Shown: positions 33,331-44,545 of the stretch, piece after piece
Layout of the letters: every line of letters begins with the position of its first letter
How positions within the stretch are numbered: position 1 is the stretch's first letter
From: a virus
Taxonomy: Duplodnaviria > Caudoviricetes
Direction: 5' to 3' (one strand)
Length of the DNA: 64,000 bases
Virus record (IMG/VR): IMGVR_UViG_3300036971_000130
Program-made: the position numbers and the translations under genes
Notes under the pieces: model-generated
What the model was told of the DNA's origin: nothing
What the model saw: only the letters and a program-made list of their open reading frames with translations
Database searches by the model: none

Positions 33331-33681
33331 ATGGAGTCGAAGACGGCCGAGATCAACCTCTACCGCATCCGTGCGGCGATGGAGTCACTTCGTGACGCCC
33401 TGAAGTCCACCGGAGGCGACATCGGTCGTGCGCCGGAGTTCTTCATGGACGGCTCGATCATCGACCAGATCACCGACGCTCTCACGTCGACGCCGGTGGA
33501 CCGCTTCGACTACGCCGTCATCGTCGATGTGATCGACCGTCATCGTGCCTACGTCGACCTCTACTTCCAGGTCCGGCACTGGGAGCCGCTCGGCAACGAG
33601 ATGGACTGGGTCGTGCCGTGGGAAGACCTCGACAACATGATCGACCACGAGAGGGGCATCCTGTGGCACAACATGCGTTGA
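33331..33681 (+). CDS. Hypothetical protein
   Basis: Motif at 33316, ATG at +5. Confidence 0.7.
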   Translation: MESKTAEINLYRIRAAMESLRDALKSTGGDIGRAPEFFMDGSIIDQITDALTSTPVDRFDYAVIVDVIDRHRAYVDLYFQVRHWEPLGNEMDWVVPWEDLDNMIDHERGILWHNMR

Positions 33682-34160
33682 CCGACGGCCTCGTGCCCGC
33701 AGAGCTACTCGACCGAACTGCTCTCCCGTTCCTCGACCGGCGTTCCCGTCGTCGCTTCGACGGTGACGTGGAGAGGTGGTACGACCGCAAGGGGAACCTC
33801 CACCGTGCGGGAGCGCCCTCGTCGCTACATCCGCAGGGTCAGATCGAGTTCCACCACTACGGCGTCCGACGTGGAGCCATCTGGGGCGAAGCGTCCGCCT
33901 GGTACGACCAGCGGGGACTCCGCCACCGTGACGATGGGCTCCCGGCTCTCACCGACTTCGACGGCAACCGGTTCTGGATCGACCACGGTCGACTGCACAA
34001 CCCGGACGGACCGTCGATCATCCGAGTCGACGGCACCTGCGAGTGGCACATGTTCGGCCTCCGCCACCGCCAGGACGGCGGTCCGACGATCATCGAGCCG
34101 AACGGGATCGAGCACTACCACCACCTCGGGATCAGCATGAAGGTCGTGATGCCAGGATGA
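33678..34160 (+). CDS. LHRxDGP-repeat phage protein
   Basis: GNLHRAGAP, GLRHRDDGLP, GRLHNPDGP, GLRHRQDGGP. Confidence 0.75.
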   Translation: MTDGLVPAELLDRTALPFLDRRSRRRFDGDVERWYDRKGNLHRAGAPSSLHPQGQIEFHHYGVRRGAIWGEASAWYDQRGLRHRDDGLPALTDFDGNRFWIDHGRLHNPDGPSIIRVDGTCEWHMFGLRHRQDGGPTIIEPNGIEHYHHLGISMKVVMPG

Positions 34161-37100
34161 AGAAGTACGTGGTCCGGACTCCCGGCAGAAGCGACATCGC
34201 TCAGTTCATCGCTCCGACGACCAGGATCGTCCCGTGTCCCGGACGGGACCTCGTGATCCACGGCTACCTGTTCGAGCGAGAGGACGGAAAAGCGGTCTTC
34301 GTCTTCCCCCACAACGTGGTGGCGGTCGCATGAACGACGTGTTCTACGACCAGGTGATGCGCTCGATCGCCAACCTCTCCCTCGCCTCGATGCGGGTTCT
34401 CCGGATCGTGTCCGGAAGTCACCTGGCGACCCCACAGGGCGATCTCCGGGCGGCGCTCGAAGCCGTCGAGACCGAACTGGACACGATCGTCGAGTTCTGC
34501 GGGATCAGGGGATCGGAGTCCGACGAGTTCTACGCCATGTTCCACGAGGACAACCTCGTGATCGTCGTCGGTGTCCTCGTCGAGACGATGCTTCTGGTCC
34601 ACCAGTGCGATCTCGTCCCTCAGTGCGAGAAGCACTCCACGTACCGCCACGACAAGCAACGACTCGGCGTCGAGATCAAGCTCGTCCGGAGCGTCATCGC
34701 CTCCTACCGACGGTTCTACCGCCTGAGCAGCCCATGATCTACGTCGGGATCATCACCATCACCACCTTCGTCATCGTCGGCGTGCTCGTGCGCCAGTCGG
34801 TTCTCCGGTGGCGTCGGCCGGAGAACCACCAGGTCTCCCTGACCATCCATCGCCCAGAGCCTCCGGTCTGGTATGACCCTCTCGACATCTCGATCCCCGG
34901 AGCCGACGACCTCAACCTCGACATCGTCGGAGCCAGGATCGAGGGGTGGTCCTGTGACGGCAACGTCTTCAGCTTCCGGCTGATCCACGGCGACGGCTGG
35001 TACACGTCCTACGATGGGGACGACACCAACTACGTTCACCTCGGGTCCGTCGACATCCGTGCTGGTGTCCCCACCGGGTACTGTCAGCACGCAGCGGAGA
35101 CCCTCAACGACTTCTCCGACGGTCGTCCCCTCCAACTCGTCAGGTCGCACAACGGCCTTCTCACCCTCACCGACGAAGCGTTCCACAACGTCTGCTTCGC
35201 AGCCTGAAAGGACACATCATGGGCGTATCGCCATCAGTCACCATCGGTGTCGGGATCGACTTCGGGTCGTCCGATTTCGGTTTCGGTACCTGGATTCCGA
35301 GCAACCTCCGAGAAGCCATCATCGAACACAACGACGTTGAAGCTGTCGTTGCCATGTGCCTCGACAATGGCGACGTGCCAAGCATCGACGACCAGATCGG
35401 TTGGAGTGAGCGCCGGGCCATCTTCGACGAGTTCGGTGTGACCTTCCGGGTGTACGGAACAGACGGCTACATGGGCGACGTTCTCATGGTCACCGACACC
35501 ATGTCCACATCCTATGACTACGAGCCGATGGGGTTGGACCCGAAGCCCACCGAAGACACCGAGGGGTGCAGGTCTGCGGCATCGGTGCTCTCGGGTCGAC
35601 CGTCCACATCGAATGCGACTTCCTGCTGCTCGACGAGGACGGGAAGAAGATCGGCAACACCAGGGTCAAGAGGTTCTACGACATGGTCGACATCGAAGCT
35701 CCGACGGAGATCGTCGAGAAGGTCGACCAGATGAACGACACGAGGGTCGAAGCGTGAGCACCGCCTACGATCTGAACGCTGCGTCGTCCGAAGCGATCGG
35801 GCTCGTCCGGTCGATGAGGGAGGGCCAGACCGACATGCAGATCGCCTTGGAGTTGTCCGACCTGATCGCATCGTTCCCCGAGGCTCTCACCGAGTCCATC
35901 GGGAGCGGCGAGTTCGAACCCCAGTCCTCTCCGTTCGAGAAGGCGATCCTGAACCTGACCATCACGATCGGCGGGTTGCTCGAACTCGAACTCGGAGGGG
36001 TCACACCAGCCCCGGTCGACCTCGATGCCATCGAATCGTGGGGCTCCTACCTCCTGTCGCTCATCGAGCCGTACCAGGACGCAGACGATCTCTCGGTGAT
36101 CCCCGAGGACGAGATGGTCGTCATCCGACACATCACGCTGAAGCTCATCCGGCTCGGCCTTGCATTCCTCTGAAGGAACCATGAGAACCAGAATCGTCAT
36201 CATCATCGCTCTGCTGCCGCTCGCCCTCGGCCTCGTCTTCGTCTACAAGGCGACCACCGAAGGCAAGAAGTCGGCCGACTTCGTCAAGATCCAACAGGTC
36301 GAGAAGGTCGTGTTCACCAGTCACGAAGACGGCAAGGCCACCTTCGAGACCTCCGGTGGAGCGAAGTGCTCGGCCGACTACGAGATCAACAGGAAGGTCG
36401 TCTTCTCGAACGAGGTCTGTGACCGGGACGCTTCGATCAAGCTCGGGTCCTACAACGCCGTGTTCAAGGTGAACGGGAATCTCCAAGCGATCTCCATTGC
36501 CGTGTTGTTCCTCGGCGCAGCCGTGACAGCGTTGTCGGCTCGGCTGCTGATCGAGGACAGGAACCAGATGTGCGAGTTCTACATGGTGTCGGTGCTCGTT
36601 CCTGGTTTCCTTCTGTTCTGCTTCCTCGTCTTCCCGAGCATTGTGGCAGGCCACAGCAGACCTCAGGAGATGACTCGCTACGAGATCAACTACTCCGAGT
36701 TCAAGATCAGGAACGACGCTGAAGTCGTCGGATTCGAGAACGGCATCCTCACCGCCCGCCGTGGGGATGAGACCTGTCGGGTCTGGGTTGACCCGTATGT
36801 GCGGAGTGACCTGGCCGCTGTGAACGGAACGGACTGCTCGTTCCCGATCAACCCGACGGTCGTGGTCGTCCGCTGACGGTTGGACAGCCGTCGAGAGGCC
36901 ACTCATGTTGATGGCATGACCAACACCAAGAACGCCGGAACCGAGACCACCAAGAGCGGGTGCATCACCTCGATCATCAACCTCGGAGTCCGCTTCGTCG
37001 TGGCCGTCGCTCTCGCCACCTACTTCGGCCAGTCCCTCGACAGCAACGTGAAGCCGGTGACCCTCGTCGTCACCATCGTCCTCACCTGGTTCTCCACGAT

Positions 37101-37311
37101 CGTCTTCGGCGGCTTCCGCCCCAAGACCTTCCGAGGCAAGGCCATCCTCATCGTCACCCGACCGGTCGGTGCCACGCTGATCGCAGCGGTCATCCTCTGG
37201 TTCATCGGCAAGGAACTCGACCTCGGAGCGATGGTCGCCATCGCCGCCGCCATGACGATCTCCACCGTCCCGCTCCGCCGGAAGCCGAAGGTCGCCGCAC
37301 AGCCGTTCTGA
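34157..37311 (+). CDS. Coupled hypothetical genes (34157..34333, 34330..34737, 34734..35207, 35219..~35757, 35754..36173, 36181..36876 membrane, 36916..37311 membrane)
   Basis: ATGA/GTGA overlaps; full promoter TGGACA-N17-CATGTT before 36916. Confidence 0.6.
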
Positions 37312-37323
37312 TCGCCCTCAACC

Positions 37324-37354
37324 GAGATGCCCGGACCACCGGTCCGGGCATCTC
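37324..37354 (+). terminator. Intrinsic terminator
   Basis: GAGATGCCCGGACC-acc-GGTCCGGGCATCTC followed by acgTTTT. Confidence 0.8.
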
Positions 37355-37381
37355 ACGTTTTGCCGTGCTACAGTGGCGACC

Positions 37382-37417
37382 ATGACCCTCCTGATGGTTC
37401 TCCCCGGATGCTGTTGA
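37382..37417 (+). CDS. Leaderless uORF MTLLMVLPGCC*
   Basis: TACAGT-N7-ATG, UGA stop, 8-bp hairpin at 37422-37441, then SD of the release factor gene. Confidence 0.45.
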   Translation: MTLLMVLPGCC

Positions 37418-37466
37418 CGTAGATCGAACCACCGTTCGATCCGACAACCGACCCCAGGAGACCGTC

Positions 37467-38102
37467 ATGCTGACCATCGAGGTCCGCCCCGGCGAGGGAG
37501 GCGAAGACGCAGAGGCGTTCGCTTCCGAACTCGTCACAACCATCACGTCCATCGTCCGCCGTCTCGGCGGTGACAGCACCACCGAGACTGATGCCGCACG
37601 CACCACCACCATCTCCGTTCGAGATGAACTCGAACTCGACTGGCTCGCAGGTGTCCACCGCATCCAGCGCATCCCGAAGAACGACCGCCGAGGCCGACGC
37701 CACACGTCGACCGCCACCGTGAACGTCCTCGGGGAAGTCCACGTTGCCGAAGTCGACCTGACCTCGGTGCGCTACGAGATGTTTTCCGGTTCGGGACCAG
37801 GAGGCCAGCACCGGAACAAGTCCCAGAACTGCGTGCGAGCCATCCACCCGTCCGGTGTCACCGCAACATCGACCGAGCACCGCTCCCAGTTCCAGAACCA
37901 GAAGGCAGCGACCGCAGAACTCGTCAGACGGCTACAGGAGCAGTCAGAGTCCGATGCCGCTGACGCCGTGAACAGTCAGCGCAACATCGCTGCTGGACGA
38001 GAAGCGAAGACCTGGACATGGAACACCCAGAGGTCTGAGGTGGTCGCCCATCACCTCGGACGAAAGTGGCCGCTCGGGCGGTTCTCGAAGGGTCAGGTCT
38101 GA
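37467..38102 (+). CDS. Class I peptide chain release factor homologue lacking domain 1 (PrfH-like architecture)
   Basis: EVRPGEGGEDA, GVHRIQRIP...GRRHTSTATV, GSGPGGQHRNK, RSQFQN. Confidence 0.9.
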   Translation: MLTIEVRPGEGGEDAEAFASELVTTITSIVRRLGGDSTTETDAARTTTISVRDELELDWLAGVHRIQRIPKNDRRGRRHTSTATVNVLGEVHVAEVDLTSVRYEMFSGSGPGGQHRNKSQNCVRAIHPSGVTATSTEHRSQFQNQKAATAELVRRLQEQSESDAADAVNSQRNIAAGREAKTWTWNTQRSEVVAHHLGRKWPLGRFSKGQV

Positions 38103-38126
38103 TCCACCCCGACCCATGATGGATGC

Positions 38127-40081
38127 ATGGTCCATCCAAGCAACAGCATCGTCGTGCGTCCAGGTGACGTGGCCCTCTACATCGTCGAGCACTCCGACGA
38201 GAGGACCGTCATCACCCAGAGCTACCGTGACGGTCGGTTGCATCAGTTCTCGCCGGACGAGGTGACTCCGGTCCCCGAACTCCACTGCGACGGCTACTAC
38301 ATCTACCACCGTTACGACGGCATCCACCAGGGCCACCGGGAGATGACCTACCCGCCGCTCGGGAACGAGCACTACGTCCCTGAGACGAACTCCTGGGAGC
38401 CAGGTGAAGGATCTCCGGGAGATGTCCACCGTTGCCCTGCTGAGATCAAGAAGCGGATGGGCTACAGCCGGGCGAGGTACCACACGATCGACGGTCACCC
38501 CTTCCTCGGGATCGACGGAGACGTAGCGGTCGTCGACGGCGACGACGCCGAGTACCCGATCCACGACGACGGGACCATCGACGTTGACCTCTGGGCGTTC
38601 CCTGCCCGCAGGAACGAGAAGCCTGCCGCTCTCCCCGTCGGGAAGCGTGTCATCGTCGGAGACCTCATCGGTGAGGTGGCTCACTCCTACGGAACCGTGA
38701 ACGCTGTGGTGACCGAGAGCGGGATGATCCTCGCCTACCCGACTTCGATGTCGGTGATCCACGAGGACGCCGACGGCATGTCGCAGGTCCGAGCCGAAGA
38801 AGCTCTCCCGGACGACGAGCAGGAAGCGATCAGCGCCATCACGGCAGCCATGAACACCTCGTCGCTGTTCGGCCATCGAGGCACCCAGCCGGGTACCTCC
38901 ATCTCCCACCCGATCCGCCGGATCGAGGATCTGCTCTCCTACCATCCGGCGCAGGTCAGCATCAGGCGGCTCGTGCAGGAGTCCGTCCTCGACGACACCA
39001 TCGTCAAATGGACCGTGGAAGGCCGCAAGGTCTTCGTCGAGGATGTGGAGGGGACACCGGTCGAGATCGGCGGTATCCTTCCGACCCGGCGAGACGACGA
39101 CTCCATCGTCATCTCCTGGGACGGCGAGTTCGTGAACGCTGGGGCGTGGTTCCGGGCGTACCCTGGCCCGACAGAGACCGAGAACACCATCATCAAGGAG
39201 TGGTTGAACCAATGACCTACAGGAACAACGATGCCGTCATCTACGAAGACGGGATCGCTTACGTCGTCGACACCGAAGACGACAACGACAACGTCATCAT
39301 CAGCACCGGCCGGGAGACGCTTGTCGCCGTCGACGCAACGAAGCTCTGCTTGGCCGACTCGGTGAGCGTCGTCGACGGAGGCTTCCGAGCCAACTACGTC
39401 CCCGGATGGCATCACGATCGACGGAGAGAAGGTGTTCATGGTCACCGACCGCTTCGCTGCCACCGGCTCCGGCAGTCACCCGATCGACATACACGGGACC
39501 GTCTGGGCGGACCTGCTGACACCTCTGTCTGTGAGCCCGGAGGTCAAGACGCCCTCTGTCGGCACCAGGGTGCTCCACAACGGCGAGGTCGCTGTCGTGG
39601 TGTCGCAAGGTCAGCACCACTTCGAGGCAGAGACCTCCAACGGGGTCCGTTTCCTCGGTGAGTCCAGGCGAGCCAAGATCGTCTACGGAGATCGGGTGAT
39701 CCCGTCTTGTACTGGGTCGATCCCGCAGCCTTCGGCGCTGCCGACGAGTACGTGAAGCTGGTCGAGACCGGCAGCGTCATGGTCGGAGATCACCTCATCA
39801 TGGGGGTCGGGGAACTCGTCGGGTTCGATCCTACGGAGATCACCGTCGTCCGCCGGGACGCCCCAGTCGACCCCATCGTCATCGTTCGAGCATTCGCCAG
39901 AGGCCGCAAGGTGACCCTCCGAGGCCGAGACATCACCGGCGTCTCCCCGGAAGGCAACGGAGTATTCAGCCTCATGGGCGAGATGTCCAGGATCGAGACC
40001 GGCATCGACTTCGTCGTCGACATCGAGAACGACCCCCACGACGTTCGTCTGGTCCAGTCGTGGCTCGATGTCAACCGTTGA
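38127..40081 (+). CDS. Two family-G-like hypothetical genes (38127..39215; 39212..40081 with two frameshifts)
   Basis: Motif at 38112; frameshifts in C/G runs near 39401 and 39695. Confidence 0.55.
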
Positions 40082-40343
40082 GCTACCCTGGGTCAATCCA
40101 ACCCTGAAAGGGTCGACTTGACCTCCACCGACGCCGACATCCTCAGTTCCTACGGGACGATCATCCTGGTGCTCGCTCACAGCGACACCCACGAAGATCA
40201 ACGTGACGAGATCGTTGCGCTCACGAATCGGTTGTTCGACCATGCGGCGGCGCTACAGAACGGCTCCGACGACACGTCGACAACCGTAGCCCTCCACCGG
40301 CAAGCTCTCCCGTTCGTTCAGGCCGAGCTTGCCTTCCAGGGTC

Positions 40344-41119
40344 TCACGAAGTCCGAGATCGCCATGAACGTTGACCGTTGGACTTCGCAACTGAGAGCCA
40401 CTCGCTGAGGTCGATCGGAGTGAGATCCTTGTTCTCAGAGTGGAATTTCGCCGCCATCAACGGCAGGTCCATCAACGAGAACAGCGGAGTCCTTCTCACC
40501 GGGTAGATGGTCGCCATCTTCATCAGAAGATCGCTGGTGCACAGCCTGTTCGAGAACCGGATGGCGTGCATCAACCTCGCCGTGAGATGGTCGTCCAAGG
40601 AGCCCGCTTCGTAGCCGGTTGCCTCAGGCTTCCGGGCCATCCACCACGAGATCCCGTAGCCCGTGTTCCCGGTGTCGAGAGCGTGACGCCAGTCGGCCAT
40701 GAAGATCGTGGCGTCAGTCCTCCGCCTACGTTCGATAGAGTCGTCCCTGAGATGACGAGACGAGTCGATCTCCGTCCGCTGGTACACGAAGTCGAACGCT
40801 TCGAGGTACAGGAGCATCAGAACGCTTTCACGCTCAGGTACAGCGGTGTTTCCTTGTGCTCGGGGTCGACGACCACACGGGCGACCAGGGACGTGTCGCC
40901 GCTCGTGAACTCGACGACACGGGAGCAGCGTCCGTTCGTGAACTCGACACCTCCGGCGTCGACACCGGGAATCGACTCGGGCGTCTCGTTCCCCGTCACG
41001 GAGATCAGGTACGGGAAGGCGTCGAAACCGAGCAAACCACCGACCATGATGTCGGTCGACTGACCGTGGACACGGCCGTCGGTGGATTCGTGAACGGTTG
41101 CAACGAGAAGGAGTTCCAT
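40344..41119 (-). CDS. Two hypothetical genes (40344..40817, 40817..41119)
   Basis: Motif at 41125 (-). Confidence 0.6.
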
Positions 41120-41169
41120 GGCACCATCATGGGTCGGATCACCCAACCGCCGCAACCCATGATGAGACC

Positions 41170-41460
41170 ATGAAGATCACGAAGCGACAAGCCGAAGCCA
41201 TCTGGGACATCCTCATCACCGACGGAGGTGTCAACGGCAACGCCACGTACATCGAGTTGGACAAGAGCTTCTTCGTCGGCTACGTGACCGGCGACAACAA
41301 CTTCGAGTACCGGTTCCAGGGCAAGTTCGGCTTCGGCGGCAAGCTCCACGCTGGCGGTCCGCACCGTCCCCCGATCGTCACCCAGTACGCCGAGAACGAG
41401 ACCGAGCAGTCGAAGGCGGAGATCGACGCCATCAACGAGAAGATCGCAGCCCTGTTCTGA
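41170..41460 (+). CDS. Phage-type hypothetical protein (EYRFQGxxGFGGK)
   Basis: Motif at 41155 (+), divergent from 41125. Confidence 0.75.
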   Translation: MKITKRQAEAIWDILITDGGVNGNATYIELDKSFFVGYVTGDNNFEYRFQGKFGFGGKLHAGGPHRPPIVTQYAENETEQSKAEIDAINEKIAALF

Positions 41461-42404
41461 TGAACGCCGCCGAAGTCCGAGAGCGGCTCGAACGACGGTG
41501 GCCGAACAACGGACACCTGATCGTGCACGAAGCGCCGATGAACGCAGACCGGTCAGGCCAGCGCATCGACATGCTCGTGCTTGGTCTCTGGGCCTCCCGT
41601 GGCTACGAGATCGAGGCGGTCGAGATCAAGGTCTCCGTCGGAGACTGGCGTCGAGAGCAGAAGAACCCCGGCAAGGCCGACTTCTGGGTGCGTCACACCG
41701 ACCGCTTCTGGATCGCAGCACCCTCCGAGGTCGCCAAGAAGATCCAGCACGAGATCCCGCCAGCCTGGGGCCTCATCTCGGTCGGTGAGAGTCAGAACCG
41801 GGTCCTCATCGAAGCTCCACGTCGCACCGACCGTGAGCCGCTACCGTGGGCAGCCACCGTCGGCGTCCTCCGGTCCGCTGCTGACGCCGGAACCAACGCC
41901 CTCGCCCGAGCCCACCGAGATGGAGTCACCGAAGGCAAGAAGTCGGTGACGGTCACCACGGCGACCGACGCTGAGGTGACACGTCTGAGGAAGATCGAGC
42001 GGGAACACAAGAACCTGCTCCAAGCGATGTCCGAGTACGCAGCCGCTTCCGGGGTCGACCTGACGAAGCGCCCGTATCAGGCGCAGGATCTCGGGTTCGT
42101 CGTGGGTCTCGTCAACCGGTTCGACACCAACCCTCGACGGGTGATGCACGGCGTCAACAACAACATCGAGCAGCTTCGGCGGAGCCTCGAAGCGTTCGAG
42201 AGCTTCCTGAAGATCATCGAAGGCGAGACCGACTTCGACGGCTCGATCACGATGTGGCCGTGCGAGAACTACCTCGACGCCGCCCAGCCGTACCCGTACG
42301 ACGACCCGGCGCTCCGCAACGGGATGTGCGACAACTGCGGTTGGCCGATGGTCAGCCACCGAGCGGGGACGTTCCCCTCGATGTCCAAGAAAGGAAACCA
42401 GTGA
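41460..42404 (+). CDS. MmcB-like PD-(D/E)xK nuclease
   Basis: RIDML...EIKVSVGDWRRE...K...FWIAAP...EIPPAWGL. Confidence 0.75.
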   Translation: MNAAEVRERLERRWPNNGHLIVHEAPMNADRSGQRIDMLVLGLWASRGYEIEAVEIKVSVGDWRREQKNPGKADFWVRHTDRFWIAAPSEVAKKIQHEIPPAWGLISVGESQNRVLIEAPRRTDREPLPWAATVGVLRSAADAGTNALARAHRDGVTEGKKSVTVTTATDAEVTRLRKIEREHKNLLQAMSEYAAASGVDLTKRPYQAQDLGFVVGLVNRFDTNPRRVMHGVNNNIEQLRRSLEAFESFLKIIEGETDFDGSITMWPCENYLDAAQPYPYDDPALRNGMCDNCGWPMVSHRAGTFPSMSKKGNQ

Positions 42405-43051
42405 GCATCAAGGTCTACGACGGTCACCGTCTGAAGCTGACGACCCCGACGACGCTCGTCGAGTTCTTCGTCGCTGTTCGAGATTCCGTCTCCGCTGAGT
42501 TCGAAGACCAACGAGATCGTCTGCTGGCCGAAGTCGCCATCGAGGCTCTCGACGACAGAAACCGGATGCAGCATCAGGCGTGTGTCAAGTGGTCGGGCAG
42601 GACACCCCTGGACCTCGCTGAGAGGGTCATCCAGTCAGCGCACCAGTCTGCACGTCGTTCGATCTACGACCTGAACTTCAGCCTCGTGATCCTCCCGGAT
42701 GCGTCCGACAGGGACCATGTCCTCGTCAGGTACCTCTACGACTTCGGTCGCTACGATCAGGTCGTCACCGACCTCGTCGAGCGGATCGACGGTCTCGAAC
42801 CGTTCCCCTACTGGAACAACACGGACCGGCCAGACGAACTCACCGAGGCCGAGTGGGAAGCTCGCAGGATCTCCTGGTCGAGTTTCGGAAACCAGTCGAT
42901 GAATGCGACGACACTCGGATGGTCAGCAGTCGGGTCGGACCTCGACCTGGCTTTCGATGGGTCGAGGTGGTCGCAGACCCGCCAGGAACGCTGGACCGAG
43001 ATTCTCGGCCCCGACAACTGGTACGCCGTCAACACCCGGTACGTCGACTGA
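42401..43051 (+). CDS. Phage-type hypothetical protein
   Basis: SIKVYDG...YWNNTDRPDELTEAEWEARR. Confidence 0.7.
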   Translation: MSIKVYDGHRLKLTTPTTLVEFFVAVRDSVSAEFEDQRDRLLAEVAIEALDDRNRMQHQACVKWSGRTPLDLAERVIQSAHQSARRSIYDLNFSLVILPDASDRDHVLVRYLYDFGRYDQVVTDLVERIDGLEPFPYWNNTDRPDELTEAEWEARRISWSSFGNQSMNATTLGWSAVGSDLDLAFDGSRWSQTRQERWTEILGPDNWYAVNTRYVD

Positions 43052-43052
43052 T

Positions 43053-43265
43053 CTACCAGTACCAGAACTGAATCCAGACGGAGTGCTGCGAGAACCAGCG
43101 ATGGTTCGGGATCTCGTCGTAGTCCTCGTGGCTCAGAGCTTCCCTGACCCGTTGACGGTACGGACGTTCGTACTTCAGGCTCGAACGGTACATCCGCTCC
43201 AACTCGTCGTACCAATGAGGATCAGATCGGTACGCTCGGGGAGCGTCCTTCCAGGTGCGGGCCAT
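43053..43265 (-). CDS. Small basic MSRTxKD-family protein
   Basis: MARTWKDAP...VREALSHEDYDEIP. Confidence 0.75.
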   Translation of the reverse strand: MARTWKDAPRAYRSDPHWYDELERMYRSSLKYERPYRQRVREALSHEDYDEIPNHRWFSQHSVWIQFWYW

Positions 43266-43618
43266 CAGTAGCACTCCCAGTCAGCACCACGACGGTAGGC
43301 ACGACGGTAGTGGGGCATCGCGTCGTAGTCCTCGTGAGCGATCGCATCACGCACAGCGGCACGGAGACGGGGCTCACACGCCTTCAGGGTCCGAAGGAAG
43401 ATGGCGTGGATCTCGACCTGGCGCTGATCCCAGATGTCCTCGATGGGATCGTAGTCCTCGTTGTAGATGCCGGGGATGTTGACGTGTCGGCCGTTCTCGA
43501 AACGACCGCCGGGCTTCCGGGTCCAGTAGGACTCACGGGAACGCCAATCAGACGGCACACAGCCGTTCTTGCGATGAGCCTTCACGGCTCGGGGTGCATC
43601 CTTGAAGGTGCGGGACAT
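43265..43618 (-). CDS. Small basic MSRTxKD-family protein
   Basis: MSRTFKDAP...VRDAIAHEDYDAMP. Confidence 0.8.
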   Translation of the reverse strand: MSRTFKDAPRAVKAHRKNGCVPSDWRSRESYWTRKPGGRFENGRHVNIPGIYNEDYDPIEDIWDQRQVEIHAIFLRTLKACEPRLRAAVRDAIAHEDYDAMPHYRRAYRRGADWECY

Positions 43619-43697
43619 GTTGGTTCCTTGGGGTAGCGAATCAGGTACCTAACATGTCGAGCCTTCCGTTGAGCATGTGATCATCATGGGTGGTCGG

Positions 43698-43952
43698 TCA
43701 CCAGCAGCACGGACACGTCGGCCCGTTCGTCCAGGCCAGCTTCAGATCCTTCGGGATCATGTCGTAGTCGCCGGAGCGGATCAGTCGCCGTTCGAGATGA
43801 CGGCGTTGGCGAATGTGGGTTCCGAAGCGTGGCTTGATCCGGTTGGTCCTCCACAGGTATGGAGCGTTGCTCTGCCAGTCGGACGGGAGCGGTAGCCCCG
43901 CCTGCTCGTACGCCCTCATCTTCAGAGGCCGGTCCTTGTGGGTGCGACTCAT
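43698..43952 (-). CDS. Small basic MSRTxKD-family protein
   Basis: MSRTHKDRP...ERRLIRSGDYDMIP..CPCCW. Confidence 0.8.
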   Translation of the reverse strand: MSRTHKDRPLKMRAYEQAGLPLPSDWQSNAPYLWRTNRIKPRFGTHIRQRRHLERRLIRSGDYDMIPKDLKLAWTNGPTCPCCW

Positions 43953-43955
43953 CAT

Positions 43956-44306
43956 CTACCTCGGCGGTTTGCTCATCTTGCAGTGGTCGTTCGAGGAACC
44001 ACCGTCCCTCGTCAGAGCGAACTTCCTCTCATCCGGGATCAGATCATACTCCTGCCGGACGATCAAGTCACGCTCGGAAGGTCGGAAGGTCGAAGCGTAG
44101 AGCTTCGCTGCACCTCGGCGGTGGAACCCGTGGCTGTACGGGCCGTGCTTGCACGCTGGGTCGTAGTTCGGGCTCATCACCCGTCTGAACGGCCCATCAC
44201 CGACGAAGGAGATGATCTCACGTTCACGCCAGTCAGCCGGGGGTCGACGGCCGAGGTAGTCGTACTCCTGCAACGGGGCTGGACGGTCCTTGTAGGTGCG
44301 GGACAT
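43956..44306 (-). CDS. Small basic MSRTxKD-family protein
   Basis: MSRTYKDRP...ERDLIVRQEYDLIP. Confidence 0.8.
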   Translation of the reverse strand: MSRTYKDRPAPLQEYDYLGRRPPADWREREIISFVGDGPFRRVMSPNYDPACKHGPYSHGFHRRGAAKLYASTFRPSERDLIVRQEYDLIPDERKFALTRDGGSSNDHCKMSKPPR

Positions 44307-44356
44307 CGTGACCTCTCGGGTGGCGAACAGGACATCTTCACACACCTGTCAAGGGG

Positions 44357-44545
44357 TCAGCGCAGGCGCTCTCCGTAGTCCCAGAGGGCGGCGGTGTGGC
44401 AGTGCTTCCGGTCGTCCGGGATGTCGTCGTAGTCGCCGGTTGCGATCGCCTCACGCTCTAGGGTGCGGAGCTTGCCGTTGTACTTCTTCTTCTTCCGGCG
44501 TCCACGATCAGCCTTGATCGGGTCTGGGTTGTGTCGACGCCCCAT
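44357..44545 (-). CDS. Small basic protein, divergent family member
   Basis: MGRRHNPDP...EREAIATGDYDDIP. Confidence 0.7.
   Translation of the reverse strand: MGRRHNPDPIKADRGRRKKKKYNGKLRTLEREAIATGDYDDIPDDRKHCHTAALWDYGERLR

Noticed and set aside
35215-35224. Motif-like CATCATGGGC
   Set aside because: Coincides with a plus-strand start codon and no matching minus-strand gene follows; not counted
39212-40081. Programmed frameshifting (also near 19703 and 35565)
   Set aside because: Shifts fall in short C/G runs without slippery heptamers; sequencing indels or decay are more likely. Needs read inspection.
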